Assembly (NCBI RefSeq): GCF_032191835.1
Contig: NC_083234.1
Coordinates: 57,474,001 to 57,538,000, forward strand
Direction: 5' to 3'
From: Heteronotia binoei
Taxonomy: Eukaryota
Length of the DNA: 64,000 nucleotides
A program made the translations under genes and the position numbers. Below the pieces are notes generated by a model. The model ran no database searches, had not been told where the DNA came from, and was given only the letters and a program-made list of their open reading frames with translations. Below are positions 47,168 to 58,400 of the stretch, one piece after another; positions within the stretch are counted from its first letter, which is position 1; each line of letters opens with the position of its first letter.

Positions 47168-49899
47168 ATCACGAGTATAAGAGCAGCCCTGTGTTCCAAC
47201 TAGTCTAGCATCCTGTTTCTGATGAAGGGAGCTGTGACTCTCAAAAGCTCATACCCCAAAAATCTTGTTGATCCTGAAACTGCTACTGGACTTGAATCTA
47301 GCCATTCTACATATTGGCCAAGCAATTGCCCTGGAGGTCTAACAAACAGGGCATAGAAGTCAAGGACCTCCCAATGCTGCCTCCTAGCACTGATACTCAG
47401 AGGTTTACTTCCATTGTGTATAGAGGTTCTTTACTCACCATGGCTAGTAGCTATCGATAGACTTGTCCTTCTTGAATCTGTCTAACTTCCTTTTAAAGCC
47501 ATCTACACTTGTGGCCATCACTATGTCCACCGGCACTGAACCTGGAATTACTCCTTGAGTAAAAAAAATCTTTATTTTTGCCTGTTCTGAGTCTTTTGAC
47601 CATCATCTTTATTAGGTGTGCCTTCCGCTAACAATATTATGGGACAAGAAGAAAATCTCTGTATACTTTTTCCATCCCATGCATAACTGCATAAACCTCT
47701 ATTATGTGACATGATATATGTCTTCCTCTTTCTTCTAGGCTGAAAAATCCCAGTTTCTTCAGCTTTTCCTCATGCACATCTATATAGTTTCCAGTTTGGC
47801 CCTTATTGAGAAAGCTTATATTTTCTGGACTCAGAAAGAGTGCAGTGTTTTTAAAAAATTGTCCTTAATTCATCATTTGCAGTTTTAGGGGACAGGGTGA
47901 AAGTAGACCAGTATGGAGTACTGATAAAAAATGGGCTGAAAAAAATACTTTTTCCATTATATAAGTACGATACCATCACTCCATTTTGTATAATTTTAAC
48001 TGAAAAAATACTTCCCATCTTCCACTTTAAGAATAAGAGATTGGATTTATACTCCACCTTTCACTACCCAAAAGAGTCTTAGAGTGGCTTACAATCTCCT
48101 TTCCCTACCCCTCCCCACAACAGACAACCTGTGGTAAGTGGGGCTGAGAGAGCTCTTTCAAGAACTGCTCATGAGAGGACAGCTCTGAGAGAGTTAAGAT
48201 GACTGACCCAAGGTCACTCCAACTGCTGCACATTAAGGAGTGGAGAATCAACCTTGGTTCTTCCAAACAAGAGTCTCCCAGATAAGAGCTTAACCATTAC
48301 ACTGGCTCTCCAAGGTTTCCAAGAAAGATGTTGTGTGTATATGTGTAAAGTGCCATGAAGTTGCACTAACTGTGACCCCAGCAAGGGGCTTTCAAGGCAA
48401 GTGAGAAGCAACACTGGTTTGCCATTTCCTTCTTCTGCAGCTTTCCTTGGTGGTCTCCCTTCCAAGTATTGACCCTGCTTAGTTTCTGAGATCTGATGAG
48501 ATCAGGCTATACCATGCCACCTTCCAAGAAAGATGTTACTGGAAAGGAATTTCTTGCCCCCTGATAGAAAAGATGCTTTACCTTAAAGCCAAATTACTTC
48601 TGACACGTGGAATCAGTGATGAGATCCTGAACATGTAAAAAGCAGTAGTGTACTGGGGGAATGGAGCTGACTATGGTATGAGGGAAGGGTAGCTTTAACT
48701 CTTCCTTGTTGCCATTTCTTTAACTAGAAATATCTGTAGACAGGCAGAATTAGGGCTGCTTTATGTTCAAAAAGGGATGAAAAGAGAAGAATGATATGGG
48801 CACCTTTATTTTCTCCCTCCTGTGAATTAAAGTACAACAGGCCAGGAGAATTTCTTATCTGGAAAACGGCAAAAGAGTAATGCTCCTTGCCCCAGCCTAT
48901 AGAAACTGAGTCCAGAAAGAATTCAATAAATCACAATACAGTTTACTGCAAACAAGGTAAAAAAAAACCTTCTGGGAATAGAACCCACATAAAGATGACT
49001 TAAAACAAAACTTGTAGTCGTATAGCAAGTTTTAATCAGTAGGATGCAATGCATGTAACGATGTCAAAAGCTGATTCTAAAATGCATCTAAGCCAAAAAT
49101 CTCTTGAAAATCCCAATGGTGGCTTGATAACCATTTTGGATATATTCCTTTGTCAAGAGATGAAAATAACATCCAATTATGGAATCAGGTAAGTGGCCAG
49201 TATCCACTAATAAAATAAAGTTACAGATGGAGCACAATCACCTCAGTGTATCACAATTCAACAGTAAATTCAAATCAGGGGCTTGATGTTGTTGTTGCCT
49301 GATTTGAATTCCTTCTGGACTTTCTGTTGGATCATTGTGTGACCTCTTATGATTCTTAGATTTTGTGATTTGTTATGTTCTTTTCCCTTATTATTACAAT
49401 ATCATTTTTTTACTAATTGTTTGGGGAGTTATTTGGTTTTTTTCATTTGTTTATTAACTTCCCTACTCTGTTTGTTTATTTTTTGTTCTGATGCAAGGCC
49501 TGACTTCTATTCAAGGCCCTTACTTAGACCTGCTCCTATTGTTGCTATGGTTTTTTTGTGCCTGTAGAGGGAGTGGTGACTCAGTTCTATCAGAGGACTT
49601 CTTCAACTATGTCGTTAATGAGTTGCAGTAATAAGACAAAAGGTGGGAGGTGGCAGGAATGTATTCATCAGTTTATCGCAATAAAATATTTTTTTGTTAA
49701 AAAAATTCATGAAGTGTCCACTTACAGCCAACTTTGCATTATTGTTTTCAGCAACAAAACCCACTACAAAGGGACTTTCTCCAGCAATGGTGGCAAGGCA
49801 GAACAACCTTGCCTGTGTAAGAAATATGCCAGAGGTGTCAAACATATGGCCTGGGGGACAGAACTAGTGAAGTGGGACCCCTGAATAATTAATGAATAC

Positions 49900-51100
49900 C
49901 CCTATAATAATGAATGAAAGCATGCTTCTGCCTTCAAAAAGAGGGTGTCTGATGCAATGTTCCTTAGAAGCACAGATAGCCTTCAGTGGGGGGGTGTTCA
50001 CAGATGTGTATTAGGATAACACAAAGGGGCCTCATTGAGAAGCTTCTTGTTGGAGCTGATAAAGCATGGAGACAGAAGGAATGGAAAAGTACTAGAAGGA
50101 ATTGCAAGGGGGTGGGGAATGCTGAATCAGATAAACTTATGTGCCTGCCTGCTTGTTTTCGGTGTGAATAAAACTGGCTGTATGTAGAATGATTTTAACT
50201 CAGACATTTTGGGGGCCCATGCCTGGCTGCGTTCTGCTTATGGTACCATAAAGCAGATCTTGCTTCAAACCAGTAAGTCTGTGCGGACCTCGTTATTTCT
50301 CTGCTTTATTTTGGTGCATTGACCAATGGGAATAATGGGGTTAGGATATTTCCTTTCCCTTGGCTGGTTGTATAGCTGTGTGCCATCCACCCTCGTGGTG
50401 GGAAGACCGGACTAGGTGCCACGATCACATTTTTGATCGAGTCCGTCTCTCTCTGCCCCGGTGGGAGAAGGTGTCCAGTTTACCAAACCAAGATCCTGTG
50501 CCTGGTTGAACCGATGTGTCCAGGGAATAGGAAGATCTTCAGGATTGTGAGTATGAATTGTCTGGGAATTCTGATTACCATTCCTTAGGAGAGAAGAAGG
50601 GTCTGATCACCCCTTAAGCTCTGTCTATTAGGCTCCGCTTTGGAGCGGAAGCACAGAAGCTAGGATCTGGAAGGATTTCTGTGGTGTGTGTGAAGGAGAG
50701 GAGACGAAGCCTCTAAGCGAGAGGGATTTTCTCTTGTGCAGTTCCCAGTGGGGTGACCTCACTGGGTCACAAGAGAGAGGGAGTGAAAACCCCCAGGGCT
50801 CCCTGGCTGCCAGACCCCTTACTGGCAGCTCCTGTTTTCTGTTTTCCCTAGAAGTGTCTTGTCTAAACGTTTGGTGCCATGGGGAACTTAAAAGCCAGAA
50901 TTCTGGGGAACGTCAGAGAATGGTAGTTCCACATGGGTAGGCAAGGCTCCTTTGTCCCTACCCCCCCCCCCAAGAAAAATCTAACTTTTAAATTTGAATG
51001 CCTCTTAGAATAGAGAAACCTGACTTTGTAAGGTAACAAAGACCTCTCTCCCCTTAACAAAATAAAGAAACAGAAAAGCAATGATTTGGACTAAAATTAA
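49900..51100 (+). mobile_element. Possible decayed ERV: LTR end, PBS-like site and leader
   Basis: AATAAA at ~50167, then ...CTCAGACA followed by TTTTGGGGGCCC (the tRNA-Pro PBS starts TGGGGGC). A CAGTAAGT donor, a hairpin-rich leader and a stop-riddled gag-like ECLLE* stretch follow. Evidence is weak. Confidence 0.35.
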
Positions 51101-52599
51101 ATGAGGCCAGTTCTCAAGGGTGAGGCCTGGAGATCTCCTGGAATCACAACACAAAGTTCCACGCTGCAGACTCAGTTTTCTCTGCAGGGTAATGGAAGTT
51201 TGGTGTGAGTGAGAGCTCAGATCTTGGTTCCCTTGGGATCTCTTTCTTTAGATTTCCATTCTAGATCTCTAGAATCTGTAGCCTTGCTCAAAAGATCAGG
51301 TCTCTGTTAGTGTGACGAAGTCTGCCACCTGTCTGGCCGAGGTGGGTCAGCAGACTTGCCAATTGATAGCCCAACACAGGTCCAAAGTCTGGTATTTCCC
51401 CCAGAAGCACCAGGAAGGTAGGTTGCCACCAGAATGGATAAATCCTCTGCCTATTGGGAATACTCTAGAGAAAACCAAGCCACACCACTGCAGAAAGGGG
51501 TTCCCCAAGTCAGTTTTCACAAATTGGTAGTACGCACCTCCAAAGGTTAGTGGGTAAATTTGGCTCGGATTGTGGTGGCCCTGAAAGCAAATAACCACAA
51601 AAATAAACTTAAACAGGCTTCCCCCCACTAGCCAGCTAGCCAATGGTGGAGAAGAGCCTGCAAAATCAAAGGATCCCCTGCCCGGACCGGGGGACTGGCA
51701 AGCCTAATGGTGGCAGCAAAAGCAAGAACAGCAAGAAGACCTGCATCAAGTCAGTTGGCTGAAGGATCTATCCCTTCCTTCCTCCCTCTCTTGGTTGGGG
51801 CAGGCTGCGCATGTATGGCCACTGTTCCCCTCTCCTCAACCTGTCAGAGGCATGGCAGTCCTGCCTTCCCATAATTGCACATGTGCCCTGGGCTTCCCCC
51901 TTTGCTTCAGTAGCAGAAGCCACCTCTTTTGTCATTTTCACTGCCACCTTCTTTTCCTCTGCCTGCCTCTCTCACCCTTTGAGAGGAGGGAAGGAAGGAA
52001 GGAGGAGAGGAGAAAATCCTTACATGTGAAGTTGGGCAGGGAGCTGCTGATGTAAATGGGCATCGCGAAAGTGTATGAATGGGAATGCCAGAGTGTATCT
52101 GTGGGGGAGGGCATAAGGGACTGGAGGGGGGTAGGGAAGGGATGAAGTGTGTGTAATAAGGTGCATGGTGGGAACCATTTTTGGAAAGTCATAGGAGGGG
52201 AGAAGAAATATAGCTGTTGTGGTGAGGGAAACTGCAGAGTGTTTGTGTTTGGGGGTGGGTAGCACACAAGACCAGGGGTGTAATTGGATGATAAAGCAGG
52301 AGTCTTGGGCCATCTTAATGATATTTGGTTGCATCTTTTATTTTCTAGGCATCTGTGCCTTGCTTTTCTCCCCAAATGGGAACCCAAAACAATATACAAG
52401 TATTATTCTACATTTTTGTTCTCACATCTCTGTTCTCCCCATCCATATTTTTGTCTTCACAATGCAGTGTACATTAGGCTGAGAGAGTGACTTACCCTAA
52501 GTCACCCGGCAACTTCCATGACAGGGTGGGACTTGTGAGCCTGGATCTCCCAGTTGTTAGTCCCTGTGCTTGAACCTCACACCATGGGGTACATGTGTG

Positions 52600-53290
52600 T
52601 CTTTGTGTTCAGTTTTGGGTACCTCAATTTAAGAAGGATATAGACAAGCTGGAGTGTGCCCAGAGAAGGGCAACGAAGCTGGTGAGGGGTCTGAAGACCG
52701 AGTCCTATGAGGAAAGGTTGAAGGAGCTGGGTATGTTTAGCCTGGAGAGGAGATGACCGAGAGGTGATATGATCACCGTCTTCATGTACTTGAAGGGCCG
52801 TCATATAGAGGATGGTACAGAATTGTTTTCTGTTGCCCCAGAATGTTGGACCAAAACCAACAGGTTGAAATTAAATGAAAAGAGTTTCTGGCTAAACATT
52901 AGGAAGAGCTTCCTCACAGAGAAGTTCCTCAGTGGAACAGGCTTCCCCTGCCCAGGAGGTTTTTAAACAGAGGCTAGATGGCCATCTGACAGCAATGCTG
53001 ATTCTGTGATTTCGGCAGATCATGAGAAGGAGGGAGGGAAGGGCTGGATCAGTGCTTATTTCTTGTGGCCCTTTCTTACACATCAAGGGAAATACTGATT
53101 GCCACTTTGGGGTCAGTTAGCAATTTTCCTCCAGGCCACTTTGGCAAGGGATCCTGGAGATTTTTGCCATCTTCTGGGCATGCAGCAGGGGTGACTGGGG
53201 ATGTATGTGGGAGGTATTTGTGAACTTCATGCATTGTGTGGGGGTTGGACTAGATGACCCTGGAGGTCCCTTCCAACTCTATGATTTTAT
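52600..53290 (+). mobile_element. CR1 LINE 3' fragment
   Basis: [15 protein letters not shown]...[12 protein letters not shown] motifs, then 3'UTR ending CTCTATGATT. Confidence 0.88.
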
Positions 53291-55439
53291 TATTCTGGCC
53301 ATGTTAGTCTGAAGCAGTAGAACAAATTTTGAATCCAGTGGCACCTTTAAGACCAACAATCAAAACTTGTTGTACTGTAAGAGTGTTGATGTTTTAAGCA
53401 TGTTTGTATTTTGAGTAAAATTAATATTGCTAATTGGGTTTGCCTGTGTCCTTAATAAAGTTTATATGCCTGGTACCCAGCATTACATTTTATGGCACAC
53501 ATGGCCTGTTCTGTCAAAGTCACATCTGGCGCTTATAACAAATAAGTTTGACACCTCTGGAATATACAGTGTAGTTCAGTTATATCTGAGGCACATCCAG
53601 AGTTTAATGAGAGGTAAAACACATACTCTGCATGCAGAAAATCCCATCTTTCTACAATTCTTTGTTGAAGACTCTCAGGAGGAGAGGGGGGAATAGTGGC
53701 CACAAGCATCTGTGGCAAGGGAAGTGTGCGAGAAAGCATCCATGTGAGTGCCCGTTGCCATTGCAAATGTATACTACTGTGAGAATAACTGCTGTGCAAT
53801 GAATCATTGCAGCCCAAGAAACATATTGCATCCCACCCAGGTTTTTTCAACCATTCAGTCCTCCTTCTAGGCATACTTACTATAGCTGTCATACTGACAG
53901 GCATGTTACTGACAAAGAATTAATTGAAATGCCCTAATGAGGATGCAAACAAACACTATGACTCTGGAGCCACTTCAAAATAACTTGCCTTCTGCTTTGC
54001 CTGTAAAAAGAGTTTTCAAGGCATGATTTAAAACCAGCTGCCTGATTAAAGCAGGGACATGAATACGTAACACAAGAATGACTGTTCACACAGACATATG
54101 ATTAGTACCATACCAACAGCCCATCATTGGAGCTTATAGGAATCCTTCGCTCAGCAGTAGGTGGGCAGATGTGTCATATTCTTTTTCCGCTCAGATGCCA
54201 ATTGGCTTCCAATGTTCTAGCCCCTCCTCCCAGTCCAATGTCTCCAAAAATAGCCAGGAGTCAGGGAGAAAGTGTGCCCCGACAGGCTGCAGAGAAAAGT
54301 ACTATATAAAGAAAGTGCTGGGATTCCACTGGGGGGTGGGGGGAGCATTCTGCAGTTTGGAGGAGGAAAAACCTGGCACATTATAAGCTCTGACCCACTA
54401 ATTTAGAAGAGGAAAGGGGATAGAGAATAGAAGGTACTACTCACACTTTCTGCAGCTGAGAAGGGGTTGTGACTTAGTAGAAGATCCTCTGCTTTGTATG
54501 CAGAAGGTTTCAGGTTCAGTTCCCAGGATCAGGTAGTAGGTGATGTGAAGGTCCTCAGCCTGAAACCCTGGAGAGCCACAGCCGGACAGTACTATCCTTG
54601 ATGGAATGATGGTCTGATTCTGTATAAGGCTTGATTTGTGTGTCTATGTTTTAGCAGCAATAAATAGGTTAGAATTCTTAACAAGGAAACTCATGGCCGG
54701 TTTTAGTGTGTATTTCCAGCCCCCCCCCCATCACTCTCTCTTATATACAACCTTTACAGCAAGGGTGTCAAAGTTTCAAAGATTGCTTCTCAGTTTATTT
54801 TATTTGAGGGTAAGTTGATCCCACCCTTATTCTTTGTATTCTGGACTTCCATATCTTATTAACCTCTCTGTGACTATATGAACTATTCTAAAAGATAACC
54901 CAGAGCTAGCCTTAACTTTACAAACAGAGAAGAATTAAATTAATTCAATCATGGACAGTTCACTACTTTACCCAATAGTTGCTAGGTAGGAATCTAGCCC
55001 TGGTCTTTCACCTCTTTGCAAGGCCAACCTCAGAAAACAGAATGGAGCAAATGTTGCAATGCAAAAGAATGAACTTGAGTCTTGGCCTATTAACTTGTAG
55101 CTCACACAAATTACCGTATATAGAAGGAACCGTTGTAGTTTCATTATAATGGGTGTTGTCCTCTTGGCAGTCTTACAGCTTCTGTTTGAAGATTTGATTC
55201 AGATATTTCTCATAATTTATAAGATAACCTTTGTTGACGACAGCCTTATCTTAAGGCAGTTTGGAAACACTCACAAAATAATCGGAGTCCTACTGCATCA
55301 AACCACATCAAATTCTGGAGCTTCTAGTTATGACAGCATCTTCCTCTTATTCTCCCTCTCCCCCCATTTCTTCCCCAAATACCATCTCAGCCCTATTATC
55401 TGTCAAGGAACACTGGCAAAGTTCTTCCAGACATACAAT

Positions 55440-56575
55440 TTTGGATTGTGTCAAGTATAGTGGCAAGATTACGTGAAATTACAGTATCGCTTTACTCTAC
55501 TCTGGTTCAACCTCACCTAGAGTATTGTGTTCAGTTTGAGGCACCATACTTTAAGAAGGATATGGACAAATTGGAATATTTCCAGAGAAGGGTGATGAAG
55601 ATGGTGAGGAATCTGGAGACCAAGTCCTATGAGGAAAGGTTGAAGGAGCTGAGTATGTTAGCCTAGAGCAGGGGTCCTCAAACTACGGCCCGCGGGCCAG
55701 ATGCGGCCCGCTGAGGACGTTTATGCGGCCCGCCGGGTTATGGCAAAATCAGACCGGAAGTGACGTTCGACCTAAACTCGCATTAGCAACGCACACTTCC
55801 GGCACTGGGCTGAGGCAGCGGAGACAGAGTGTGAGGTGATACTGAGGTGAGGTGAGTTCCCAGGCCGGGGTGTGTGGTGTGGGGAAGGGAGAGAGATGCA
55901 GAAGATGGAGAACTGACGGCCTGCAGCCTTGTACAGTAACGGCAGTCAGGCCCTCCAACAGTCCGAGGGACAGTGAACTGGCCCCCTATTTTAAAAGTTT
56001 GAGGACCCCTGGCCTAGAGAGATGATTGAGAGGTGATACAATAACCATCTTCAAGTACTTGAAGGGCTGTCATATAGAGGATGGTGCGGAGTTCTTTTCT
56101 GTTGCCCCAGAAGGTCGGACCAGAACCAGCAGGTTAAAATTAAATGAAAAGAGTTTCTGGCTAAACATTAGGAAGAAGTTCCTGACAGAGCAGTTCCTCA
56201 GTGGCTTCCTTGGGAGGTGGTGGGTTCTCCTTCCTTGGAGGTTTTTAAACAGAGGCTATATGGCCATCTTACAGCAATGCTGAGTCTGTAAACTTAGGCA
56301 GATAATGAGAAGGGCAGCAAGGGTTGCATCAGTGCTTAGTTCTCATGGCCCTTTTTTATACCCCTAGGGATATGTCAATTGCCACTTTGGGGTCAGGAAG
56401 CAATTTTTCTGCAGGCTAATTTGGCTGGGGATCTTGGAGGGTTTTTCTTTTTTGCCATTTTTTGGGCATGGATCAGGGGTCACTGGGGTGTGAGGGAGGT
56501 AATTGTAAATTTCCTGCATTGTGCAGGGGGTTGGACTAGATGACCCTAGAGATCCCTTTCAAGTCTATGATTCTA
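55440..56575 (+). mobile_element. CR1 LINE 3' fragment split by a MITE
   Basis: ORF 55448-55666 (LYSTLVQPHLEYCVQF...QRRVMKMVRNLE) resumes after 56019 and ends in a TCTATGATTCTATG tail. Confidence 0.88.
55669..56011. mobile_element. CpG-rich hAT-type MITE
   Basis: Perfect 16-bp TIRs CAGGGGTCCTCAAACT / AGTTTGAGGACCCCTG and a perfect TSD, GCCTAGAG. Confidence 0.95.
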
Positions 56576-57949
56576 TGCTGGTTTGGAGGGAGCTGTACTT
56601 CTGGGTCATGCTCATAACACATGCTTTATACCTAGAACAGGTTCAGCCCTTGGCCTTAAAGAATCTTCAGTTGTTGGGACAAGATTTTTCTCTGCCTGAG
56701 GCCCTGGGAGAGTCTGAGTAAACAATCCTGGGCTAAATGCACAAATGACACGGTAGGGCAACTTCATACTTCCACTGTGGTTCCTTGCCTGTCCATCTCT
56801 ATTCAGAATATTTGAAATCTGCTTCCAGCTCTGCCTTTCTCTCTACTAGTTACCAGTTTACTAACAGAATTAGTAATGAAGGTATGCTTTCTAAAGGCAG
56901 AACTTATCAGAGCCAATGAGATAATTTGCAAGGCAGATCGATTACATCTCAGTCAAAGTAGGCCTTATAAACCCTGAGCTGGGGAAGCAAAGCAAAGGAA
57001 GATCTTCAGGTCTTTGAAGTAAAACTCTGCTACAGCTGTGGTGAACAGCTCGACTAAAAGACCAAGTTCCTTCAAAAGTTTAGCTATGATACCAGTGTAC
57101 TGTAGTGATTAAGAGTGTCAGACCCATATCCAGGCTAGATGGATCAGTAGACAGGTTTGGTAGAAGATAGTTTTATGTGTAATTTCATATCATTTACTCT
57201 GAAAGAGTCAGAGAAAAGAGTAAGAGGCCAGGAGCACCTTAAAGACAAACGAAATTTGTGGTAGGGTATGAGCTTTCGTGAATCAGTCACTACTGACTTC
57301 TTCAGTATCTGGAAGACTCAGGTTCAAACCTCCATTCATAGGAAACTTTTTATTAAGTATCTCCCAGCTGCAGTCCAAAGCAAGACTTTCAGCCACAGGG
57401 TCCCTTATTTGAACGTTCCTCTGGTTAAAGTCCAACAAACCATAAACCCCTTCTTGTAAACAGATAAGTAACTGAAAGGGAGATGACCAAGTCAAACCTT
57501 TTCCTCCAAAGATGCTTGATTTTCACTTGCAGCTTGAATAGTTTTTTTTAAACATTGATGGGCATGAAAGAAATAGATTCTTTGCCTGAATATCCTTTAA
57601 ACAACCCCCACTCCCAACAACGGAAGTTTCCTGTAAAATAAATTATATATCTATTTATTTTATATATTTATATATGTGTTTATTTTGCAAGAAGAGTGCT
57701 AGTTTTTAACAGGGGACAATGTCCCCTCGCCAATAGCGTAAAGTGGTACATTCCATTTCTTCCTCAGGATTCCTGTTTAAATTAACACCATTCCTAATTT
57801 TTTAAAAACACCCTTTCTAATACAAAACTATCATAGAAGAGAACTAGGTTGTCGAAATCTCTATATCTAGAGAATTTTAAGTTTTTAGGTAAGAATTCTC
57901 CCACCCCCTCTTCATGGGAAGCGTGAAGAAAATAGCCCTTTCCTGCGAC

Positions 57950-58400
57950 CCCATGGTAGATTCCAATCCTCCTTCTCTCCCCGCCCTCCCAGGGTCTGTC
58001 ACCTTCGGTGTCCACCGCATTCTCCACAGTCTTTCCCCCTTATCACCTCTCTTCCCGCTCAAAACTACATTTCCCAGTCGCCCCGGCATGCCATTTCCCC
58101 TTTCCGCATGCGCGGTGTTGCTTCTCGGGCTCAGAGAAGCGGAGGCAGGCGGGCGGCCGGCCCTACGAGAAGAGCTCGCGCGGGGCGGTGGGTCCGGAGC
58201 GAGGACAAGGCGGCGGCAGTGGTGTCGTCGAGGGCGGCGAGCTCACCCTCACAGGTCGGGTCTTCGGGGGAGCGGAGTCCTGGCCAGTGCGACCTTCCCC
58301 CGGGTTCCGCGGTAGGGGTGTACAGGCATGGTGAAGGTATGGTGGGTAGGGGGCAGAGTCCGCCCTGGGTAGGGGGCTGGGCCTAGCCTAGCCTAGTCTT
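57950..58400 (+). promoter_or_regulatory. CpG-island promoter and probable non-coding first exon (likely GAPVD1, by synteny only)
   Basis: CpG island with ACTACATTTCCCAG at 58064-58077 and CCGCATGCGCGG at 58104-58115. Candidate donors CG|GTAGGG (~58311) and AG|GTATGG (~58337). In human, GAPVD1 (+) follows HSPA5 head-to-head. No coding exon was recognised. Confidence 0.6.

Noticed and set aside
43134-57900. Short ORFs of 60-150 aa in the HSPA5-to-GAPVD1 interval as host genes
   Set aside because: They overlap TE fragments or are compositionally biased, and they lack recognisable domains or consistent splice structure.
58328-58342. ATG GTG AAG as the GAPVD1 start (human begins MVKLDIH)
   Set aside because: The match stops after three codons and the LDIHTLAHHLKQ sequence is absent from the window, so it is probably coincidental.
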